Origin: an uncultured Bacillales bacterium | GTDB taxonomy: Bacteria; Bacillota_I; Bacilli_A; RF39; UBA660 | Length of the DNA stretch: 64,000 bases | Assembly: GCA_946410555.1 (NCBI GenBank) | Contig: CAMKAT010000003.1 | Coordinates: 5,007 to 69,006, forward strand | Reading direction: 5' to 3' | Shown here: positions 52,645 through 62,000 of the stretch, piece after piece | Position numbering within the stretch: the stretch's first letter is position 1 | Layout of the letters: every line of letters starts with the position of its first letter | The notes under the pieces: model-generated | Database searches by the model: none | The model's input: only the letters and a program-made list of their open reading frames with translations | Told to the model about the DNA's origin: nothing | Position numbers and translations under genes: made by a program

Positions 52645-53022
52645 TTATTTAGTTAACTTTTTAACGTGTTTATCAGCGTTATTTAAATCATTTTCTATAT
52701 GATATAGTTCTTCTCTTTTTTCAGGTAAATCCATTTCTATATCAGTTGCTTCATAAGCATTTTTTAATAGTCTTAAAGCACCACCGACAACACCAAATGC
52801 TAATGGAGGAGCCATTAGACTCATAGTTTCATCACTAAATTTTGAAATAGCACCAAGACAGATAACTCCGATTGAAGTAACCATAATTGCACCATCAATT
52901 ATGCATCTTTTTTCACAATCGTGTAGGTCTTTTTCATCACTTATAATTTCATTTTTCTTTAATACTTTTCTAAATAATGCATTATTTTTAAGTTTCATTG
53001 ATTCATTATATTCTTTATTCAT
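52645..53022 (-). CDS. Hypothetical small membrane protein (125 aa)
   Basis: ORF with AGAGG RBS and two hydrophobic segments. No family assigned, and no YajC motifs. Confidence 0.45.
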   Translation of the reverse strand: MNKEYNESMKLKNNALFRKVLKKNEIISDEKDLHDCEKRCIIDGAIMVTSIGVICLGAISKFSDETMSLMAPPLAFGVVGGALRLLKNAYEATDIEMDLPEKREELYHIENDLNNADKHVKKLTK

Positions 53023-53096
53023 AATTTTAACCTCTTTTCCGAAAGCAAATAAAATAATACCATAAAATCATTATTTTATCAAATTAAAGAAAGTGA

Positions 53097-54643
<1,547 letters not shown>

Positions 54644-54669
54644 AAACTTAAACCTCACTTATTTACTTA

Positions 54670-55698
54670 TTAATCTATGATTAACATTGCATCTCCAAAG
54701 GAGAAAAATCTAAACTTATTATCTACAGCATATTTATATGCATTCATAATATTTTCTTTACCTGCAAGTGCAGATACTAACATTACTAATGTACTCTTTG
54801 GTAAATGAAAATTAGTAATTAAATTATCTATTCCTTTGAATTCAAAACCAGGATAAATAAATATACTAGTTTCTGATACTTCTGGAGTAAATTCATCAAA
54901 TTTAGATCTATTAGTTTCAAGTACTCTTGTTGAAGTTGTTCCTACAGCAAATATCTTCCCACCATTTGCTCTTATTTTATTTAATTTCTCACAAGAATCT
55001 TTAGATAGTACATAAGACTCAGTATGCATTACATGTTTAGATACATCATCAACTTGAACTGGTCTAAATGTCCCTAACCCTACATTTAATGTAACTGGAA
55101 TAATTTCTATTCCTTTAGCTCTAACTTTATCTAGTAATTCTTCAGTAAAATGTAATCCAGCAGTTGGAGCAGCAGCAGATCCATAATTCTTAGCATAAAC
55201 TGTTTGATACATATCTTGATTATCTAGTTTTTCATGAATATATGGAGGAAGTGGCATTGTTCCAAGTCTTTCAAGGATTTCCATAAGAATTCCTTTATAT
55301 AAAAGTTTAACATGAGTAATACCATCAGGTAAGATTTCTGTTACTTCAGCTTTTAGCGATCCATCACCAAATGTAACAATAGTACCTATATGTAATCTCT
55401 TTTGTGGTTTAGATAAACATTCCCATTCATCTTTACCTAACTCTTTTAAAAGTAATAATTCTATTACTGCATGAGTATCAACTTTCTCACCAATTATTCT
55501 TGCTGGAATAACCTTAGTATCATTAATAACTAATGCATCTCCAGGATTTAAATAATCTATAATATCTGAGAATACTTTTTCTTCAATTTCACCAGTTTTT
55601 TTATGTAATACAAGTAGTCTTGCTTGGTCACGTTCTAAAAGAGGACTTTGGGCAATTAACTCTTCTGGTAAATAATAATCGAAATCATTAGTTCTCAT
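54670..55698 (-). CDS. queA: S-adenosylmethionine:tRNA ribosyltransferase-isomerase
   Basis: [20 protein letters not shown]... is the canonical QueA N-terminus. The start is at 55698 (RBS AGAGGTGA), not the track's 55755. Confidence 0.93.
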   Translation of the reverse strand: MRTNDFDYYLPEELIAQSPLLERDQARLLVLHKKTGEIEEKVFSDIIDYLNPGDALVINDTKVIPARIIGEKVDTHAVIELLLLKELGKDEWECLSKPQKRLHIGTIVTFGDGSLKAEVTEILPDGITHVKLLYKGILMEILERLGTMPLPPYIHEKLDNQDMYQTVYAKNYGSAAAPTAGLHFTEELLDKVRAKGIEIIPVTLNVGLGTFRPVQVDDVSKHVMHTESYVLSKDSCEKLNKIRANGGKIFAVGTTSTRVLETNRSKFDEFTPEVSETSIFIYPGFEFKGIDNLITNFHLPKSTLVMLVSALAGKENIMNAYKYAVDNKFRFFSFGDAMLIID

Positions 55699-55773
55699 GT
55701 ATTTCACCTCTTTTTTCATCGTGTATAGTATACAATAGTTGCCCGTTTTAATCAAATATGTTTAAGGAAAAAT

Positions 55774-55797
55774 AAAAAGGAAATTTAATTCCTTTTT
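55774..55797 (-). terminator. Weak terminator hairpin after ruvB
   Basis: Stem AAAAAGGAA/TTCCTTTTT with a 6-nt loop, then ATTTTTCC on the minus strand. Confidence 0.4.
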
Positions 55798-55799
55798 GC

Positions 55800-56801
55800 T
55801 TAAAATAATCTATTATCACTTATACCAATATGTTTATAAGCTTTTTCTGTAGCTACTCTACCTCTAGGTGTTCTTTTTATGAATCCTTCTTGCATTAAGA
55901 ATGGTTCTACTACTTCTTCAAGTGTAGATATTTCTTCTCCGATTGCGCTTGAAATAGTTTCGACTCCGACTGGACCTCCATTGAATTTTTCGATAAGCGT
56001 AGAAAGGTATTCAATGTCTATTCTATCAAGTCCATATTCATCTACTTTTAATCTATTTAAACTCTTTTTAGTTACTTCATCATTTATTTCATCTAAACCA
56101 TCAACAAGAGCAAAGTCTCTTACTCTTTTGAATAACCTATTAGCTATTCTTGGTGTTTTTCTAGATCTTTTAGCTAGTTCTAAAGCTGCTGAATCAGTTA
56201 TTGGCATATCAAGTACTCTACTTGTTCTTTTAACAATACTACTTAATTCTTCATCAGTATAATATTCAAGTTTATTTACTATTCCAAATCTATCTCTTAA
56301 AGGACTTGAAACATCACCAGCACGAGTTGTTGCACCAACCAAAGTGAATGGTGGTAAATCTATTTTTATACTTCTTGATGAAGAATCAGAACCTACAACT
56401 ATATCAAGTTCAAAGTCTTCCATCGCAGGATAAAGCATTTCTTCAATAAACTTAGGAAGTCTATGTATTTCATCAATGAATAAGACATCCCCAGGTTCTA
56501 GAGTTGAAAGAACTGCTGCTAAGTCACCACTCTTTTCGATTGATGGGCCACTTGCTGTTTTAAAGTTAGCACCTAATTCATTTGCGATAATATGAGCAAG
56601 TGTTGTTTTACCTAATCCAGGAGGACCATATAATAAAACATGATCTAGAGATTCATCTCTCATCTTAGCAGCTTCAATAAAAACTCTTAGATTCTCTTTA
56701 ACTTCTTTTTGTCCAACATATTCATCTAATATTTGAGGTCTTATGTTAGATTCAAATATTTCATCATTTCTTTTAGTGTCATAAAGTTCATTGGATTTCA
56801 T
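55800..56801 (-). CDS. ruvB: Holliday junction branch-migration helicase RuvB
   Basis: Walker [20 protein letters not shown] and TTRAG...LRDRFG. Confidence 0.95.
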   Translation of the reverse strand: MKSNELYDTKRNDEIFESNIRPQILDEYVGQKEVKENLRVFIEAAKMRDESLDHVLLYGPPGLGKTTLAHIIANELGANFKTASGPSIEKSGDLAAVLSTLEPGDVLFIDEIHRLPKFIEEMLYPAMEDFELDIVVGSDSSSRSIKIDLPPFTLVGATTRAGDVSSPLRDRFGIVNKLEYYTDEELSSIVKRTSRVLDMPITDSAALELAKRSRKTPRIANRLFKRVRDFALVDGLDEINDEVTKKSLNRLKVDEYGLDRIDIEYLSTLIEKFNGGPVGVETISSAIGEEISTLEEVVEPFLMQEGFIKRTPRGRVATEKAYKHIGISDNRLF

Positions 56802-56812
56802 ATAACACCTCC

Positions 56813-57367
56813 TTATTTAAGCATTAATCTTAAAGCATCTTTTATTTGTTCTTCTAAACTCTTAGTGTAATCAATGTTAGGTAAAACTTTCTTAATTTCT
56901 GGCTTCTTATATCCTAAGTTATCTAATACTTCAACAAGTTCATTAGAACCAACTGATGCACTTTCATTACCAGAAACAGCAAGTTTACCTTTTAAGTCTA
57001 AGATAATTTGTCTTGCTAGTTTATCTCCTACCTTAGGGAACTTAGTTAAATATAAAACATTTTCTCTATCAATTGCATCTATGATTCCATCAGGTGAACC
57101 TGTTGCAAACATAGGAAGTGCAATCTTAGGACCTAATCCTTTAACATTAATAAGTTTTAAGAATAACTCTTTTTCTTCTTCAGTTTTAAAACCGAATAAA
57201 GCTTGTGAGTTTTCAGTTATATGATGATATAAATATACTTTATATTCTTTACCTATCTCAAAAGCATATGGATTTGATACATAAACATCATATCCAATAC
57301 CATTATTATCTACTACTATTAAAGCAGATGTTTGATCTACTATTGTACCTTTTATGTAATTATACAT
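56813..57367 (-). CDS. ruvA: Holliday junction DNA-binding protein RuvA
   Basis: [10 protein letters not shown]...[14 protein letters not shown]..., the HhH region [13 protein letters not shown], and its position immediately upstream of ruvB. Confidence 0.9.
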   Translation of the reverse strand: MYNYIKGTIVDQTSALIVVDNNGIGYDVYVSNPYAFEIGKEYKVYLYHHITENSQALFGFKTEEEKELFLKLINVKGLGPKIALPMFATGSPDGIIDAIDRENVLYLTKFPKVGDKLARQIILDLKGKLAVSGNESASVGSNELVEVLDNLGYKKPEIKKVLPNIDYTKSLEEQIKDALRLMLK

Positions 57368-57387
57368 ATAATCACCATCCTGAAATA

Positions 57388-57411
57388 ATTATATCATACA
57401 TTCGTACGAAT
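57388..57411 (-). promoter_or_regulatory. ruvA promoter: extended -10 TGATATAAT with adjacent 12-bp perfect palindrome ATTCGTACGAAT
   Basis: The minus strand reads ATATTCGTACGAATGTATGATATAATTATTTCAGGATGGTGATTATATG. Confidence 0.5.
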
Positions 57412-57441
57412 ATATCTATTAATTTATTATTTTTCAAAAAA

Positions 57442-57464
57442 AATACTTGATAAAATCAAGTATT
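57442..57464 (-). terminator. Rho-independent terminator after the three small membrane-protein genes
   Basis: 10-bp stem AATACTTGAT/ATCAAGTATT with loop AAA, then TTTTTTTTG on the minus strand. Confidence 0.75.
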
Positions 57465-57483
57465 TTATATTTAAAGAAAAAAT

Positions 57484-58116
57484 CTATTCTTCCGTATAAT
57501 AAACCATTGCATGAATATCATCAGGAGACCATAAATGCCATTCACCACCATGTCTGGTTAGAGTATCATTTTCAGGATTATATGTATAAACCAATTTATT
57601 ATTAATAACCTTTTTAGTTTGTTTAGTTATTGTAGTACTACTGGCATTTTTCATTTCTAATATATCTCTTACTTCAATATCAGATTTAATAGTAATAACG
57701 TTATCCACTTCAGTGTATGAACAATTATTACCAATATAAAAATAATAAATACCCCGTTTAGTTTCATAATCTTGTAAATATACTCCTGAAAAATCTTTAA
57801 AATTTAAATAACACCAACCATTATCACCAAAAGTTATTTTACCAGATTTATAATTTGTAGTTTTTACAATTATAAATTCTTTATTTAAATATTTTCTTTG
57901 TTTTTTAGTTGTTGTCTCAGTGGTTTCAGTTGTACTTTCAGGATTAATACTAATGCGATTATTTTCTCTTTTATCAAAAGTTAATACTAATAATATTATT
58001 ATAATAAAAACAATTAATAAGCACTTAATAATTTTTTGAGAATTAAAATTATTACTATTTTTTATTTTTTTCTTAGTAGTCTTTTTAATATTCTTTTTAG
58101 TTTTCTTTTTAGTCAT
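57484..58116 (-). CDS. Type-II membrane protein (K-rich N-tail, TM, T/E-rich spacer, ~130-aa ectodomain)
   Basis: 210 aa reading MTKKKTKKNIKKTTKKKIKN...CLLIVFIIIILLVLTF...ESTTETTETTTKK.... It overlaps the upstream gene by 8 nt. RBS AAGGAG. Confidence 0.55.
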   Translation of the reverse strand: MTKKKTKKNIKKTTKKKIKNSNNFNSQKIIKCLLIVFIIIILLVLTFDKRENNRISINPESTTETTETTTKKQRKYLNKEFIIVKTTNYKSGKITFGDNGWCYLNFKDFSGVYLQDYETKRGIYYFYIGNNCSYTEVDNVITIKSDIEVRDILEMKNASSTTITKQTKKVINNKLVYTYNPENDTLTRHGGEWHLWSPDDIHAMVYYTEE

Positions 58117-58501
58117 TATTTTTCTCCTTTGTAAAACATTTAAAGGAAGAATTTAATTCATCATCTACTGTAACTTCACCATTTTCTACAATCTTCATTC
58201 TTTCCGCAATTATATAATAATCATAGTATCTAAAAGTTGTTTCAATTTCTGTAATATAGCCATTATTATTTCCGCTAATAGTACATAATATCTCGTTTCC
58301 TAATTTATATGTGCAATCGCTCTTTCTTATAGAATCAAATTTTTCAGAAATACACGCTTTATAGTCATATGGTAGATTTTTATTAAAAAACATATCATAA
58401 ACAACTATAGCTAAAAGTATAATAACGATAACTAGTAAAATAGATGATATAGGTAGTATATACTTATAAAGATTAAACTTCTTTTTATTCACTTTTTTCA
58501 T
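58109..58501 (-). CDS. Small type-II membrane protein with Cys-patterned ectodomain
   Basis: 130 aa with a K-rich N-terminus, the TM ILPISSILLVIVIILLAIVVY, and an ectodomain with four Cys. Confidence 0.55.
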   Translation of the reverse strand: MKKVNKKKFNLYKYILPISSILLVIVIILLAIVVYDMFFNKNLPYDYKACISEKFDSIRKSDCTYKLGNEILCTISGNNNGYITEIETTFRYYDYYIIAERMKIVENGEVTVDDELNSSFKCFTKEKNND

Positions 58502-58519
58502 TTGACCTGATCACCAATA

Positions 58520-58906
58520 TTAATCACATAATACTTTCTCATTATAATAATATTCTTTATAAAGCACATCATTTATATATACTTCTAATTTTTCATATGC
58601 AATACCATTACCTACTGTTGTTTGAAATTTATTTCTATATCTTGTATTACCTGATACTCTTTCACAAATAATTATACCACCTGATTTACTACAGGATCCT
58701 AAATCCGACATCTTAAATTTACTCAAACATTTTATATAATCTGTAGAATTATCATCCGAATTAATTCCCATATGTAAAATACAAGGAATAGCAATGATAA
58801 AAATGATGCCACTTATAATTATACCAGTTAATTGCACGCCCAAATTATTGTTATTTTCACTGCTGTCATTTTGTTTTTTGGCGGTTTTTTTCTTCCCTTT
58901 ACTCAT
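58520..58906 (-). CDS. Small type-II membrane protein, paralog-like to 58109..58501
   Basis: 128 aa reading MSKGKKKTAKKQ..., with the TM LTGIIISGIIFIIAIPCIL and a Cys-patterned ectodomain. RBS AGGAGAG. Confidence 0.55.
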   Translation of the reverse strand: MSKGKKKTAKKQNDSSENNNNLGVQLTGIIISGIIFIIAIPCILHMGINSDDNSTDYIKCLSKFKMSDLGSCSKSGGIIICERVSGNTRYRNKFQTTVGNGIAYEKLEVYINDVLYKEYYYNEKVLCD

Positions 58907-58928
58907 ATAAACACACTCTCCTAGTTGA

Positions 58929-58956
58929 ATAATAATACGACCCCCCCCTCTGTCAA
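58929..58956 (-). promoter_or_regulatory. Promoter with consensus -35 TTGACA, 16-nt spacer containing G8, -10 TATTAT
   Basis: The minus strand reads TTGACAGAGGGGGGGGTCGTATTATTATTCAACTAGGAGAGTGTGTTTATATG. The C8 run on the plus strand is at 58941-58948. Confidence 0.6.
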
Positions 58957-58999
58957 CTTTGTTGACAACTTTTCATTTGTGTTTACACACAAAACAAAA

Positions 59000-59020
59000 A
59001 AGTTGCTAAATTAGCAACTT
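59000..59020 (-). terminator. Rho-independent terminator directly after polC
   Basis: AAGTTGC-taaatta-GCAACTT, followed on the minus strand by TTTTTTGTTTTG. It abuts the stop at 59021-59023. Confidence 0.7.
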
Positions 59021-62000
59021 TTAAAATAACGATAATTGATTTGATTCACTTAAGTTTTGGAATACTCCTAAATCCTTAAGTTTTTCCATTGCACTTGTTG
59101 GACATTTACCTCTATTATGTAAATCTTCTTGAGATATAAATGGCATCTTTTTACGTTCTTCAATAATCTTCATTGCAACGTTTTCACCTAATCCATCAAT
59201 TGCACAGAAAGGAATAATAAGACCTTTACCATCTTCAGTTATAACGAAATCTTTTGCTTCACTCTTTTCAATATCAATATTCTTGAAATAGAATCCTCTA
59301 GCACACATCTCTAAACATAAAAGAAGTGTATCTTTTTTGTCTTTATCTACATCTGATAAGTTTGGAGTTAAATCCATTTCATCTATTTTATCTCTGATTC
59401 CTTTTTCACCTTGGATCATTGATGCTACATCAAATTTATCTCTTCTTATTGAAAGGTATGCACAATAATACCAAATTGGATGATGTACTTTAAACCATGC
59501 AATTCTAAATGCACTTGTTACATATGCTGTGGCATGCGCTTTAGGAAACATGTATTTAATCTTTCTACATGAATCAATATACCATTCAGGAATATTATGT
59601 TCTCTCATGTATTCAGCATGTTCTTTCCATGTTGCTGGATCTTTACTTGCTTTACCTTTACGTACAAATTCCATTATCTTGAAGGCTTTACCTGCAGGCA
59701 ATCCCCAAGCTATTAAGTTAACCATGATATCATCACGACAACCAATTACATTTTTAAATGGTACTTGAATTACTCCTTCTTCATTTGGAGTACATAAATC
59801 TTTAGCATTTCCAAGCCATACATCAGTACCATGAGATAGACCTGAGATTTTTATAAGTTCACCAAATGTTGTTGGTTTAGTATCTTCAAGCATTCCTAAT
59901 GTAAATGGTGTACCAAACTCTGGGATACCTAGAGTTCCAGTTGGACAATATTTAACTCCATCTTTAATAAGACCCCTTAGTTTAGTTGGTTCTAAATCAA
60001 TTGGATTTCCATCTGCTGTATATTTTCCAAGTATCTTAGGGCTTGTGAAAATAGACATTGTATCTAAGTCTCCTAAGTCGATATCATTTACATCTATTCC
60101 AGATAACTCACCTAGTTTTCTTAATACTGTTGGGTCATCGTGACCTAGTATATCAAGTTTAAGAAGGTCTGCTTCAATCTTATGATAATCGAAGTGTGTT
60201 GTTCTCCATTCAGCAGTAGGATCATCTGCTGGATATTGGAATGGTGTGAAATCCCAAACATCTTTATAACCCGGAACTACTACGATACCACCTGGGTGTT
60301 GCCCTGTAGTTCTTTTAACTCCAGTACATCCAATTGCTTGTCTTTCAACTTCAACATCTCTAATATCACATTTAATTAATTTTTTCTTCTTTAAGTCATC
60401 TTTAGAAGCAACTTTTATACCATACATCTTAGCTTCTTGAACTAAATCATTATATTCTTGATCTTCATAGAATCCTTGAACATAACCAAATGCTGTTTTA
60501 TCTGCAACTGTACCAATAGTACCTGCTCTATAAACATTATCAGTACCAAATAATACTTTAGTATAAGCATGTGCTGATGCTTGGTTTAATCCTGAAAAGT
60601 TAAGGTCGATATCTGGTACCTTTTCTCCAGCAAATCCTAGGAATGTTGCAAATGGCATGTCATTTCCTTGGTGAATCATAAGTGTTCCACATTCAGGACA
60701 ATTTTTGTTTGGTAAGTCATATCCACTTGCATATTTTTCAGCATAAGCATGTCCTTCTGAATCAACAAATTCATTATGACAACACTTAGGGCAATAATAA
60801 TGTGCAGGTAATCCATTACATTCAGTAATACCCATCATTGATGCTACAAACGATGAACCTACGGAACCACGGGAACCTACTAAGAATCCATCATCATTTG
60901 AGTGTTTAACTAGCTTTTGAGCAATAAGATAAATAACGTCGAAACCTCCACCAATAATTCCTGTAAGTTTTAGTTTGGCTTTTTCTATTGCTTCTTCTTC
61001 ACTTAATTCTGGTTCTTCTTTTTTGATTTCTTCAGTTTTAAGTTTAACTACTCCATCATATCCTGACATAATTACATCATGAAGATAACTTGAGAACATA
61101 TTATCTCTTTCTTCTTCAGACATATTTGGATATTCTTCTTCCATATGAGCTTTAACTAAATCAGTTATTTTATCTCCATAGAATTCTTGAGCAATACGCT
61201 CTTCGATATTTCTTGGAAGTGGATCTCCATACATTGAATGAGCTTTATTAAATACTAAATCTCTACATATTTCTTGTGAATGTTCAATGATTGGAGAATA
61301 AGGTTTTTCTGGATAATCTATAACTTCAATTTCTTCAAGTTCAGAGATTATCTTATTAGGGTTTTCTATAACCATTTCATGTATTAACTTATCATCTTTT
61401 AAGAATGCAAATGCATCTAACATTTCTTTAGTAGTTCTAAAGAATTGATTTGGAATTGATCCATGTTGTGTAACACCAGTATTACTAAACTTAGCTAGTA
61501 ATTTAAATGTTCCAGTTGATGGATCTATAGTAATAATATTTGCTATTTGAAGTTTTCTTAGAGACTTCTCAATAGCGCTTTTCTTATCATCTTCATTTTT
61601 TATTTGTTCTAGTTCATCGCTAGATTTTAACTCTTTTGGAGTTGAATAAATACTTAGGATATTCATTGCACTAATTGGAATAGATTTAAATCCATTAAGT
61701 ACATAAATGTATTTTAAAATCTTTTTATCAAAATCTGATAAACTTACTCCATTTCTTTCAGCTTTCTTAATAGCTTCTTCAAGATTTGTTTTATTAACTG
61801 GAGTCTTTGGTTTAGACTTTAAGCATCTTGCTAATACATGTCTTCCTTTACCAGGTACATTTTGATTAACAATTATCTCTCTTGATAAAACGTCTTCTGG
61901 ATTTAAGTTATGTACATCACCAGATGCAATTAACATCTTACCTGTTTCTTTAGCACACTTAATAATCTTTTTAACAAGTTTTACTAAATGATCCATATTA

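Noticed and set aside
55699-55799. preQ1 riboswitch upstream of queA
   Set aside because: The region holds only the ruvB terminator hairpin, a TATACT -10 and the RBS. There is no preQ1-I/II-like stem with a conserved loop or A-rich tail, and queA/tgt are not typical preQ1-riboswitch targets.
55879-57224. Plus-strand ORFs 55879..56262 and 56874..57224, antisense to ruvB and ruvA
   Set aside because: They overlap highly conserved housekeeping genes on the opposite strand, show low-complexity S/L-rich translations and have no expression signals.
57394-57416. Canonical LexA (Cheo) box at the ruvA promoter
   Set aside because: The palindrome is ATTCGTACGAAT and does not match GAAC-N4-GTTC. It is therefore reported only as an unassigned operator candidate.
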